Assembly: GCF_033153115.1 (NCBI RefSeq)
Contig: NW_026889805.1
Coordinates: 6,076,001 to 6,140,000 of the forward strand
Reading direction: 5' to 3'
DNA length: 64,000 nt
Source: Saccostrea echinata
Taxonomy: Eukaryota
The position numbers and the translations under genes were made by a program. Below are positions 25,601 to 37,071 of this stretch, one piece after another (positions within the stretch are counted from its first letter, which is position 1; each line of letters opens with the position of its first letter). Under the pieces are notes generated by a model. That model made no database searches. It was given only the letters and a program-made list of their open reading frames with translations, and was not told the origin of the DNA.

Positions 25601-28600
25601 TATTGGTATTCACAGAGTGAAAGAGAGATGTACCAGGCTTTGCTATTGGTCATTTTATGTTGTATGTGTTTACAGAGTTGACAAAGAGAGATGTACCAGG
25701 CTTTGCTATTGGTCATTTTATGGTGTATGTGTTTACAGAGTTGACAAAGAGAGATGTACCAGGCTTTGCTATTGGTCATTTTATGTTGTATGTGTTTACA
25801 GAGTTGACAAAGAGAGATGTACCAGGCTTTGCTATTGGTCATTTTATGGTGTATGTGTTTACAGAGTTGACAAAGAGAGATGTACCAGGCTTTGCTATTG
25901 GTCATTTTATGGTGTATGTGTTTACAGAGTTGACAAAGAGAGATGTACCAGGCTTTGCTATTGGTCATTTTATGGTGTATGTGTTTACAGAGTTGACAAA
26001 GAGAGATGTACCAGGCTTTGCTATTGGTCATTTTATGGTGTATGTGTTTACAGAGTTGACAAAGAGAGATGTACCAGGCTTTGCTATTGGTCATTTTATG
26101 GTGTATGTGTTTACAGAGTTGACAAAGAGAGATGTACCAGGCTTTGCTATTGGTCATTTTATGGTGTATGTGTTTACAGAGTTGACAAAGAGAGATGTAC
26201 CAGGCTTTGCTATTGGTCATTTTATGGTGTATGTGTTTACAGAGTTGACAAAGAGAGATGTACCAGGCTTTGCTATTGGTTATTTTATGTTGTATGTGTT
26301 TACAGAGTTGACAAAGAGAGATGTACCAGGCTTTGCTATTGGTGGATTAAGTGGAGGGGAATCAAAGGATGAATTCTGGAAAATGGTGGACATTTCAACA
26401 GATCATTTACCTAGAGACAAACCTCGCTACTTGATGGGAGTAGGGTGAGATTTTTTTTTTAGTAATAATTTTAGAATGCTATGTTTGTTTCAATATATTC
26501 TTCCTTTACATACAGTGTATGTATGTACTCTCTTGAAATTTCTTCCAAAAAAAAAAAAACTAACATTTTTTAAGGTGATTGAGTGATAAATTATTACCAG
26601 TATTTATATAGACTGTGATACTGGTAAATTTGAATTCTGTCTTAAATGTTGTTTTGTTTTTTCCTCCAAGAGAAGTGAATTAACTTTGGTTAAAGTGAGA
26701 GTTAATCATCTTAACCATGCTGATAAAAAATTAGATATTGAATGTATACATAAGTGAATGTTTCTGATCAAAATTTTTTCATTCTCTCCTCCAGAACCAA
26801 TGAGCTAATGTTAATTAAACTTGGCACAATTATCCTTGGTTGAAAGGAATTCAGTTTTATTCAAATGAACGAGGGCATGCCAATTCCAAGAGAAGATAAT
26901 CACAAATTGGCAGAAGTAGGGTTTGGTCAGTTAAAAAGTTTATTTTTGAGAACCACTGGACCAGAAAAAATGTAATATGAAAGCTTCCTGACATATTGTT
27001 GATTCAAGTTTATTCAAAGCATGGCCCCTGGTCATAAGATGGGGCCATAGTAGGGGATCAAAGTTTGAAACAATGATATATAGATAAAAGTCTTTAAAAA
27101 TTTTCCCTCGAAGAATTCTTTTGGCCATGATAAGTCATACTTGATGCAAGAATTTTTAGGTAGTGCAAATTGTTTAAATATTAAAATGGCTGTTGAGGGT
27201 AGGGTGCAGCCATAAATAAAGATCAAAGATTGTGAATACATAAGAAAAAATCTTTAAAAATCTTCTCATTGACAAGAACAACAGGCAAAGATGAGATACA
27301 TCAATATACAAGCATTCTCAGGTATTGTAGATTCATATTTGTTCAAATCATGGCCTGGGAGTGGGGATGGGGGTTTTGGATGGCCACAATAAAGGATCAA
27401 AGTTTTACATGGGATTGTGTGGAATTTTTCTTTCAAGAACAACTGGGGCATGATTAGTCATATTGTTATGCAAGCGTTCTCAGGTATGGTATTGCTGATT
27501 CAAGATTAAAATCATTGGGGGAGGGGGGGGGCTATAGGGGATCAAAGTTTTACATGGGAATGTATAGGATAAAAAAATCTTTTAAAGTCTTCTCAAGAAC
27601 ATAAGGACAATTATTAGTCATATTAATATAAGAAATAGGAAAAAAAACTATCTGTAGATTGTGTAGAGTCACGTTAGTTTGAATTATGACTTGAGGGATG
27701 GGATGAGGTATTAATAGTAGCTCATAGTTTTACATAGGATTATTTAAGGATATTTTTTTAAATATGTTCTCAAGAACCACTGGGCCATGGTCATTCATAT
27801 TGATATGCAAGCATCCCAATGTAGTACAGATTCATATTTGTTCAAAACTTGGCTCCTGGGGTTAAGATGGGGCTTAAATAGGTATTCAAATTACATGAGA
27901 ATTTATAGGAAATAGGAAAGAAATTCAAGAATAGCAAAACCACACTAAATCATATTAAAACATCTTCAAGTGTGGAAATGAGCTTTTTCAAATTATGGAC
28001 CATGGGGTTATCATGGGGCTAAAATAAGCAATAAAATTTTACACAGTGCATGTGTATAGGAGAAGAAGGTCTTTAAAAATCTTTCTCAAACAGCAAGACT
28101 GTGGTAGTCATATTTGCATTGAAGCACCCCCATTGTTGTGATCTTGACTCCTGACCTCTTTGGACTTGGGGACCTTAATAAGGGTTAAATTTTTCATGGG
28201 AATAGATGAACTAGAATCTTTAAAAATCTTTTGAAGAACAGCAGGGCCAATGTGACACAGGTGAGCATTGTGGCCCATGGTTCTTTTGTTTATATTGACA
28301 GCTTTGCTGTTGACCTTGTGGTGTGTGTGGCTCTGGGCTGTGATATGTTTGATTGTGTTTTTCCTACCAGAACTGCTGTAAGTCAATCTTTTTTCATTTG
28401 CTATATGTACTTAGTAACAGATATCACATTTCTATTAGAATATAAAAATAGTATGCCTGTTAGTTTATGTGTTTGACACTGACATTGGATTTGGAAGAAA
28501 ACATTTCTTGACATAAAATGCATCAATTTTACAGAGGTTCGGCAATGCATTGACATCCACAGGGACCTTAGTTCTACACAGGTCAGAGTTCGCTGAAGAT

Positions 28601-29234
28601 TTTCATCCAATCGAGGAAGACTGTTTATGTTCGACTTGTAAGAATTACACGCGGGCCTATCTACACAGTATCGTAGAGAACGAGGCAGTGTCGTGTTCTC
28701 TTATCACTATACACAATGTAGCATACCAGGTACAGTAGTAATATTTTGTTACAAAAGAAAAAAAGAATTATTGTACAGTCAAACCTCATGATCTTGAACT
28801 CAACAGGACTGAGAAAGAAAGCTTAAGATATCTAAGGATCTGAGATATATTTAGTTGAAAATGCAAAAAGAAATACACTGTAGTGGTTGGAACGTTCCAC
28901 ATATCCGTGGTATTTGCGTTATCAATGTTCCAGATACCAAAGTTCATCTGTAGTAATATATGAGTATTTATGACAAACTTCATGGAAATTTTTCCTGGGA
29001 TAGCCCAACAGGAAATTCTTTTTGAATTTTTTTTTTCAATTTAAAAACATTGTTTGCTACTGAATTTTATCTTTTTAGCTACGACTGATGAGAACCATGC
29101 ACAATAAGATAGTGGAAGACAAGTTTCCCGAGTTTATTCAGGACTTTTTTAACAAACTGTATCAAGATGGTGATTACCCTCAGTGGGCCGTAGATGCACT
29201 AGCTTCTGTCAATGTCCAGCTTAAGAAATCCTGA
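11679..29234 (+). CDS. QTRT1: Queuine tRNA-ribosyltransferase catalytic subunit 1 (tRNA-guanine transglycosylase), 9 coding exons, 397 aa
   Basis: Exons: 11679-11903, 16319-16387, 16940-17078, 22816-22894, 23135-23250, 26306-26444, 28302-28377, 28535-28729, 29079-29234; total 1194 nt with consistent phases. Motifs: [70 protein letters not shown], and the zinc site CLCSTC...HN. The exon 2 donor and exon 6 acceptor are ambiguous because of junction repeats; the choices shown give a canonical-length protein. Confidence 0.96.
12195..12880. mobile_element. Foldback MITE (Kolobok-like, ttaa-agg start), right end truncated by a HINE
   Basis: Long inverted arms ~12290-12530 and ~12645-12878 (e.g. 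gacacatccttgcactttcacaa vs ttgtgaaagtgcaaggatgtgtt). Confidence 0.7.
12880..14877 (+). mobile_element. Truncated HINE-like element carrying ~10 tandem ~166-bp satellite monomers
   Basis: The motif gtggccccaccc recurs every ~158-167 bp from ~13029 to ~14505. The terminal microsatellite and hairpin match the other copies. Confidence 0.85.
15562..15625 (-). mobile_element. tRNA-derived SINE head / tRNA-like relic
   Basis: The minus strand reads gatagctcagttgttagagcacc (A box)...ggttcgaatcctgg (B box), without a clean cloverleaf. Related relics are at ~14901-14970, ~10470-10535 and ~51975-52045. Confidence 0.6.
16357..16572 (+). repeat. 45-bp tandem repeat spanning the QTRT1 exon 2 donor (5 donor copies)
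   Basis: Unit tttatgaaatgggacagggctcttttaact|gtaagttgtaccaag. Donors follow 16387, 16432, 16477, 16522 and 16567. In frame: ([15 protein letters not shown])n. Confidence 0.95.
17065..19030 (+). repeat. ~29-bp minisatellite derived from the QTRT1 exon 3 donor junction (interrupted by a MITE)
   Basis: Unit ataatgccatag|gtaactatcctcagac/agaag matches the exon 3 end aaatgccatag|gtaactaacttcagac. Period 29 seen at 18681/18710; roughly 35-40 copies. Confidence 0.92.
17236..18094. mobile_element. Non-autonomous DNA transposon with a 6-bp TSD, inserted in the 29-bp array
   Basis: TIR cagggttctccat...atggagaaccctg; TSD ctatct on both sides; subterminal aactgtggcg repeats. Confidence 0.88.
19055..19530 (+). 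repeat. 41-bp minisatellite related to the exon 3 junction
   Basis: Unit cagaatgtcaaagataactaaacactcaacactccatagta; period 41 (19141/19182). Confidence 0.9.
19700..21540 (+). repeat. 44-bp minisatellite related to the exon 3 junction (interrupted by a ~950-bp insert)
   Basis: Unit cagaccactccatacatatacagaatgtcatacataactaaaca; period 44 (21066/21110). It aligns to the exon end cagaacactcaatacatatacaaaatgccatag|gtaactaa. Confidence 0.9.
21587..22684 (+). mobile_element. HINE-like element with ~166-bp monomers
   Basis: Both termini match 5567-7066; it has 4-5 internal monomers. Confidence 0.85.
23496..24525. mobile_element. piggyBac-like non-autonomous element
   Basis: ttaa|cccta...taggg|ttaa termini with an imperfect TIR. 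Confidence 0.6.
24540..25460. repeat. Old degenerate tandem array
   Basis: Recurring aacttgcatggatg, cactacca, atctgacctacatttt and gatgattgaacag motifs. Confidence 0.65.
25540..26343 (+). repeat. 63-bp tandem repeat spanning the QTRT1 exon 6 acceptor (11 intact acceptor copies plus 2 degenerate)
   Basis: Unit cattttatggtgtatgtgtttacag|agttgacaaagagagatgtaccaggctttgctattggt. Acceptor AGs end at 25675 + 63n up to 26305; degenerate copies at ~25548 and ~25615. Confidence 0.96.
26750..28290 (-). mobile_element. Diverged HINE-like element of the same family, opposite orientation
   Basis: Contains reverse-complement monomers (ggccacaat, aaagttttacat, aatcttctcaagaac). It ends caggtgagcattgtggcccatgg...ttgtt, the reverse of the family's start. 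Confidence 0.7.
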
Positions 29235-29922
29235 TTGTGGCTTAAAAGACTACAAAACAGGTGAAATGAATTGACTGTGTCAGCAGCTATTCCTGAAATT
29301 TTCATAAATTAATTAGCAGGAACTGGATAAATAGGCAGCAAGTATCCTTGAAATAGATGTGTGCAATTTGACAACAAGGTGCTCAGTATGTGTGTCTGGA
29401 TTCACAGGCAACTTGTGTGATGTTTTCTTTTACATTTAGAATGGAAGCTGGCATCCACACAATATTGATTATTAATTTTACTAATTGCAAGTGCTTATAG
29501 AGGTAACAGGATTTCAAATACAGATACTAAGTTCCATTTGTCAGTTTAGATACTGAAGCAGACATCTGACTGTGCATTTCATCAGCTGTTTTTAAGTGTC
29601 AGTATTTGTAATTCCTTTTTAGGTTATAAAGATGAAAAAGATATGTGCTATTAAATTAAGGTCCCATTTCTTTTATACATTCAAGGGTCATACATTTGGA
29701 TCTGTAGGAATCAAATGACTCAGAATGTTAACTCAAAGACACAGCTGTCACCTTCAACTGTAATTGGAAACCTTTTTACTAGAAGTCAGAAAAAGTAAAA
29801 AGGGAAACACGTTTTGCACACCTGTATTATATTCAAGAAATATGACACTCTTTATTCAGACATTAAATTTTATCTATGTGTTGGAAATTTTTTATTCTCT
29901 CCATTATCGCAATCATATTTCT

Positions 29923-30063
29923 NNNNNNNNNNNNNNNNNNNNNNNNNNNNNNNNNNNNNNNNNNNNNNNNNNNNNNNNNNNNNNNNNNNNNNNNNNNNNN
30001 NNNNNNNNNNNNNNNNNNNNNNNNNNNNNNNNNNNNNNNNNNNNNNNNNNNNNNNNNNNNNNN
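29923..30063. other. Assembly gap (N run)
   Basis: 141 consecutive N. Confidence 1.
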
Positions 30064-30265
30064 TTAATTTTTTAATCACATCCTTTATTGTACAATAACT
30101 CCACTATACTATAAGCCATTTATAAATCCCAATCACATTTCGTTATCATGTTATACTCTTCAACACTGGTGGATTCGATGGGGATCCCCCCCCCCCCTTT
30201 GTGATCAAAAATATACGTAAGTCTAATAAATTCATTAAATTCATTTTTTGATGAGGGGTATTACA

Positions 30266-31906
30266 TTTATTATGCCCCGCCATGAATATGGCCGGGGCAT
30301 ATAGTGTTTGTCATGTCCGTCTTCCGTCCTTCCGTCCTTCTGTCCTTCCGTCTGTCCTTCCGTCACACTTTGCGTTTAGCTCTGTTCAAAGCTCAGTTTC
30401 AAAGAAACTATCCAAGATATTTTTATCAAACTTCATATGCTGATAGATATTGATGAGGGCTATGCAACTGCATCAACATTTTTTGACCTTGACCTTTCCT
30501 TTGACCTTGACCTCACTTTTCTTAAATTAGTGTTTAGCTCAGTTTTAAAGATACCATTCAAGATAGTGTAATCAAACTTCATATGTTGATACATACTGAT
30601 GTAAGCTATTCAATTGCATCAACATTTTTTTGACCTTGACCTTTATTTTGACCTTGACCTCACTTTTCTTAAATTAATGTTTAGCTCAGTTTTAATGAAA
30701 CCATTCAAGATATTTTTAACAAACTTCATATGCTGATACATACTGATGAGAGCTATTCAACTGCATCAATATTTTTTACCTTGACCTTTCCTTTGACCTT
30801 GACCTCACTTTTCTTAAATATGTTTTTAGATCAGTTTTAAAGATACCATTCAAGATAGTGTTATCAAACTTCATATGCTGATACATACTGATGAGAGCTA
30901 TTCAACTGCATCAACATTTTTTGACCTTGACCTTTCCTTTGACCTTGACCTCACTTTTCTTAAATAAGTGTCAAACTTCATATGCTGATACATACTGATG
31001 AGAGCTATTCAACTGCATCAATATTTTTTACCTTGACCTTTCCTTTGACCTTGACCTCACTTTTCTTAAATAAGTTTTTAGATCAGTTTTAAAGATACCA
31101 TTCAAGATAGTGTTATCAAACTTCATATGCTGATACATACTGATGAGAGCTATTCAACTGCATCAACATTTTTTGACCTTGACCTTTCCTTTGACCTTGA
31201 CCTCACTTTTCTTAAATAAGTGTCAAACTTCATATGCTGATACATACTGATGAGAGCTATTCAAATGCATCAATATTTTTTGACCTTGACCTTTCCTTTG
31301 ACCTTGACCTCACTTTTCTTAAATTAGTGTTTAGCTTAGTTTTAAAGAAACCATTCATAATATTTTCATCAAACTTCATATGCTAATACATACTGATGTA
31401 ACCTTTTCAACTGCATCAAAATTTTTTGACCTTGACCTTTCCTTTGACCTTGACCTCACTTTTCTTAAATTAGTGTCAAACTTCATATGCTGATACGTAC
31501 TGATGAGAGCTATTCAACTGCATCAATATTTTTTGACCTTGACTTTTCCTTTGACCTTGACCTCACTTTTCTTAAATTAGTGTTTAGCTCAGTTTTAAAG
31601 AAACCATTCATAATATTTTCATCAAACTTCATATGCTAATACATACTGATGTAACCTTTTCAACTACATCAACATTTTTTGATCTTGACCTTTCCTTTGA
31701 TCTTGACCTCACTTTTCTTAAATTAGTTTCTGAATCAAACGTCATATGCTGATACATACTGATGTAAGCTATTCAACTGCAGCAATATTTTTTGACCTTG
31801 ACCTTTCCTTTGACCTTGACCTCACTTTTCTCAATTTGTGTTAAAATGTTGCATTACTAATATACCCTTGGCGGGGCATTCATGTCCTATGGACATATTT
31901 CTAGTT
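30266..31906. mobile_element. Second HINE-like family with a tandem gaccttgacc-rich array (~120-150-bp units)
   Basis: Terminal hairpin atgccccgcc...ggccggggcat, (ccgt/cctt) microsatellite, tandem array, then the subterminal repeat ggcggggcat and ctagtt. Related copies or fragments lie at ~41930-42210, 51300-51660, 59385-61280 and 63778-64000. Confidence 0.8.
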
Positions 31907-34443
31907 ATACTTAAAATAAGTCATAAACAGTTACAAAAAATACTAAAACATGAAAGCTTGGGAGACTTTGCACCCTGGACTCCCACCCCAACCCCTAATT
32001 GGTTGCCCCCCCCCTTTTCAAGAATCCTGCATCCGCCACTGTTCAATTTCCCTTTTCCCCCTCTTTTTCACAGAAGGGGCGGGTGGGGAAGAAAAAAAAG
32101 AAGAAAAGAATATACTTGTAACAAAAACAGTCATTTTCTGAATTAAGCTTATAAAAAAATTATTAAAATGCTAAATTTTTTAAACAGCTAAAATAAATTG
32201 GAGTAGCATTTATGTTGTGCAAGATATTCAGGGTTGCAGAATCTTAATTTTTAAATTTGAGTGCTTCAAACTACACCCTACCAAGCATTTAATGGTGTAG
32301 ATTAACTCTGCCAAAGATAGGCTTAAAAGAATTATAGGACTATTCAGTCTTATTCAACTAATGGCTCTTGGAGCTATTTATTTTTCTGCACGACAAAGAA
32401 GGGTGTCATTGTTATATCGGCCTGTTCAGTATGTATTAGCTTTGGCCTATTTCTCGAAGTATTTGTTAATCTATTTACACCTGTATAAGACTTTGCAGAC
32501 AGATTATTGATAAATCCTTTTAATACGACAAATGCTCATTTAAACGCTGTATTTTAAAAGTTAAAACACATTGTGTGACTTTGTGTATAGTTATGTGTAA
32601 AAGTCTAGTACCCTCGACAAACACCACTGGAATTGGTAAGTTGCACATTCTTGCTTTAATCATGTTAATGTTTTAAAGTTCTCACACGCAATCTGAAAAA
32701 AAGTCTTGGTTTCATATTTTTTATGACATAACTGCCTATAATGCCGAGATCGTCACTTGATAAAGGGAACTAGAAAAAAGTTTAACATGAAATGAATTGC
32801 CGTGTTTACCTGGAGGTACTTCAAATTGAACAAGGAAAATAATCAAAGAAATCATTTATCAATCACACTGACTGAAAACCCTTTCACTCTAAATGGTGGC
32901 TCTTTGAATGTTTACAATTAATCACTCCCATGGAAATAAAATTACTTTAAATTCATGAATGTTTTTAAGGAGGTTATTTGAAACCCTAAAGAAATCAAAG
33001 CGTTTAATGTTTAACCTTTCCGACTCGGAAGCCACACTAATCAAAGTTTTCTTAAGACGTGAATTAATTACTTCAAGATAGGCCTGGGTACAATTAGAGT
33101 TGTGCGTAATAATCGATGTAAATGTCATCAATTGACTTAGGATAATTATACAGAATGTATACTCAAAGTTGACACGTGACACCCGATTGATGCCACAGAT
33201 CTGGTGTACTTATATCGCTCAGGATCTGGCAATTTTCATTCTTATAACGGTCTTACCAGAGAAAGGTACGTCTTTTTTTTTTTTTTTTTTTAAATAAAGG
33301 TACTTTTTTTTTAAGATATATCTAAAGGAATTTCTGAAATTTTTCTCAAAAATGGCGATAGAATTTGAGACATGTTGGGATATTTTTTCCGTTCGAATTT
33401 TTTGTCGAACACAAGGAAAAGATAAGTTACCTATATGGAATGTATACTTGAAACATTAGCATCGTCACGTGGAACATCGATTGATTCCAGTGTGTCCCTG
33501 CATCGCACAAACTCTGACAACAATGCGAATTTCAGGAAAAATACGTCTACATCTCTCTCTCCTTTTTAAACAAAGTAAAAGCTATGCTTTCTGAACTGGA
33601 ACAAGAAAATGTTACACATTGTTAAAAGCATGTTTAATGTGTATAAATAAAGCATTACACATTTTTTATTTCAAAGTTGCCAAGTTATGGGAGAAAATCA
33701 CCAAAATAATGAAAGAATTTACACAGCTGTTACAAATATTTTCAATAAACGTACACTGACAGGATATATATAAAAAACGGATTTTTAAAAAAGCACTACG
33801 TGTATTTATTTTGCATATAAAAAAAAAGAATATGTTTTTGGACATATATTGGGTGTTTCCTCCATGTGAACCAAAGAGATATTGCAATACAATGCGCGTT
33901 CTAAGCTTTGCGCGGGAAAATCAAGTCATGACTCACGAAATTCAATTCAGTTTCGAATATCGGGGTAATTAAAATGGATATTTTACAAAGTTCGCTATCG
34001 TTAATATCCTAAATACAAACACTCTTTCATACAGATCTGTTTGACATTACTATACCGTTATGTTTCAAAGATATAAGGAGTTTATACACCATCAATTTCC
34101 ACCCACTGATTTTTATGCCGAGGGTGAAGAATTAAAGCACTGTAATGTTCTTGAATTGCAATAGATAACACACAACCCACTTTTTGATCGATTGTTTATC
34201 GATATGTGGTTTTTTAAACTGCCACCCAATAAATTTTTCATTTCCTTACAAAAATAACTCTCCTATGAGGAAGCGCAATCAGCTTATCCCGTGACATTAC
34301 AACCACAATATTTAAACATGAAGGTGTAATCCTATTAAAGTCGTCGCATGCATCATCATGGTGGGAATGTGTTGTAGAATACCATTAAAAGGATCAGAGA
34401 TACCTAAAACTGGCCACTTTCTTTCTTTTCAGACAATTTTAAC

Positions 34444-35653
34444 ATGGACTTGGTCGATCCATCTGCATCAAAAGAGGAGGCAATGCAGGCTTTACACTAC
34501 TGCACAAGAATGGAGTACTTCGACATTGTAGACGCAATATTGAAGACTCATTTTGGAACAACGAAGCTTTCGGATCTTTCTAGTCAATGTATGGAACTTT
34601 TAACAAATGTCGTGAAGTCTGGTTCGCTTGAATCGCTAGAGATGATTCTAGACCATGTGGATGAGAATTTCCTAGCAACCCCGCTAACTCAACGAACCTT
34701 CGTGACAAAACTACTCACAACTGCCATCACGAATGGGAAGGATGTGGTCTGTGGTACTCTAATTAAGAGGGGCGGAGACCCCAATGGACAAATTAACGGT
34801 ACGACATTCCTACATGCTGCTGTAGCACAGGGTCAGGAGAATCTGATGAAAGCGCTTGTCGAGGGTGGTGCTGACATTTCCTTGAAAAACAAAAGAGGAG
34901 AAACCATCATTTTTCCAGTTATAATGTCTGATATCTTCAATAAGGTAAGATATTTATATCTGACTGTTATATGAGCTTTTGATGCTTTCTTGGTGTATGA
35001 AAGTAGACTTTGAAATAATAAAACTCTTGCTGTTTCAGGCTGACTTGGTAAGTTGGTTAGTTGCTCGAGGAGTGGATCCTAAAGACACGGGTATCAGTGG
35101 AAAACAGCCCATACATGTGGCAGCGGCCCACTCCTCTGACGTTATTTCACGTCTTGTTGATTTGGGGTGTGACGTCAACCAAACAGACGTTATCCACAAA
35201 GATACACCCTTACACATAGCTTGCTGTCGGTGCAACGGAGAAACAATTGAAACTTTAATCAAATGTGGGGCAAAATTTAATCTTGTGAACAACGAAGGAG
35301 AAACGCCACTCACAAAGTTACTGAAATTCGCTACAGACGCCGTTAATTTTCACTCAAAGTCAAGGATGAATTTAGCCAGACAGTTAATGAAATATGGATT
35401 TATTAGCAAGCAAAGCAAGCTTTGGAAAAATGTAAAACAGAAAGTTGGGAGAAACAAGGTTCAGGAGCTGTATAAAAGACTTCGATTGGAGAACAAGACA
35501 GTTTCCAGCCTCCAGCACCTGTCCAGACTAGTCATCAGTGATAATATCAAACCTGTCAGTGTTCGGAAGGCAGTCCATACCCTAGCTATACCTCCTCACC
35601 TTAAGGACTATCTCATGTTTTCTGATTTCACGTTTGGAACAAATTTTTCTTAA
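34444..35653 (+). CDS. Ankyrin repeat and SOCS box-containing protein (ASB-like), 2 coding exons, ~371 aa
   Basis: Exons 34444-34944 and 35039-35653, joined by a phase-0 GT-AG intron. Ankyrin motifs: GTTFLHAAV, GKQPIHVAA, DTPLHIAC, GETPL. C-terminal SOCS box: SLQHLSRLVI...LAIPPHLKDYL. An acceptor (ttttcag, ~34432) just before the ATG suggests a 5'UTR exon, with a candidate donor at ~33265. Confidence 0.88.
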
Positions 35654-36467
35654 TGCAGTTCATGCAATACAAATTTACATTTGGTGCTCAGACGTTTGTG
35701 TTAAAATCATTATGGCCTGTGATAAAAAGTGATCTCATTTTTGTTAACTTATTAAATTTTTAGTTGTTGAAATGAGTTGATTTGTTTCTCTTTAAAAAAA
35801 AAAACAACAGAAAAATTCTGTTTTATATGTCAATATCTGTATGTGTCTGCACTAGCAACTATTTTGGTAATCTCTGTACTATTTCAAAAGCAAGTTAACA
35901 TAGACAAATAAAGCGGAGATATGACACCACATAATATCCAAGCACTGCATGCATCTGTCTATAAAACATACATGTTGAATACATGTAGAAAGCAAAGACG
36001 TCCACGGTGTATAGATTAATATGATAAAAGTGTACAGCGACCATTTAATATGGTCCTTTGTTTCAGTCAGAAAATCGCAATGTCTGTTTATAAATTTAAT
36101 TTACAACGTGGATATAACCACATAAAGTATCTGATGAGGCAGATTAGAGGAGCCCCACTTGTTCATCCACGACCACTGCATGATTCTCTACCTATGCTTC
36201 CAAAAATATCTCGGTGCTTGGATATAAATATGACTAACCCCCCCCCCCCCGTTCTTGGATCTCTCGTTAGCTATGAAATACTCGGATCTTAATTCCCGTC
36301 TTGTTTTCATAAATTGCCAATCGGAGATCTCTGTCACGAATAAAATGCAGTACACTAGATCTATGGTGAGCATAGCATAAATTACACCAATCTGTGTGTC
36401 ATAACCGATTTCAAATGCAGAATAAGAGCATTATCATGAACCAAGCGATAATGCATTCGGTAAGATT

Positions 36468-36773
36468 CAGGCCTGTAGAACGCGAGGGGGCAAAGGGGGG
36501 GCGCCCCCTCCAAACTTTTTCTAAGTGTAGTTTGTCTATAGTAAATTTTCCTTTAGATGTTGGTTCCCCCCTTTTTGATGTTGTAAGGTCGAGCACAGGC
36601 AAATTCCAGGATTTGGACGGTAAATTAATTTTTTTCTTTTTGCTTGACAGATAATTTTGGAAAGTTGCCCCCCCCCCCCCACTTTTGGTCAGTGTAGTTT
36701 TTTTTATTTTGCTTGTCAGATTTTTTTGGGGAAGTTGCCCCCTCCGCCTTTTGAAACCGTTGCTACGGGCCTG
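36468..36773. mobile_element. MITE
   Basis: TIR caggcctgtag...ctacgggcctg; flanking direct repeat agatt. Confidence 0.7.
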
Positions 36774-37071
36774 AGATTTACTCTAGTTGTTCAGTACCCG
36801 AGGACTATTCGAACACGCTGAAGAAGCCAGTTATGATATTAATATTTCAGAGATCCTACTTTTAATTACTAAAATGTACAATCAAATGATCTTTTTTTAA
36901 ACATACCGAGTATCAGAGACTGGTATTTATTGACACAAGAAGTAAGAATATCCGCATGACTGACCACGAAGGTGAAGGACATTGCTTAGGTCAGCAATAG
37001 CACGAGATTTTTCTACCAAAGACCGGAGACGGGAGAGGGGCGGAGAACCATTAACCAAATTCCCTTCGTCG

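Noticed and set aside
25600-26372. Long repetitive ORFs (206 aa minus, 251 aa plus)
   Set aside because: They are by-products of a stop-free 63-bp unit; only the QTRT1 frame has protein homology.
11679-29234. Bacterial-type tgt or horizontal transfer
   Set aside because: Eight spliceosomal introns and eukaryote-type motifs (GGLSGGE, DCVFPTR) indicate ordinary QTRT1.
29764-30098. ORFs containing X runs
   Set aside because: Artefacts of the assembly gap.
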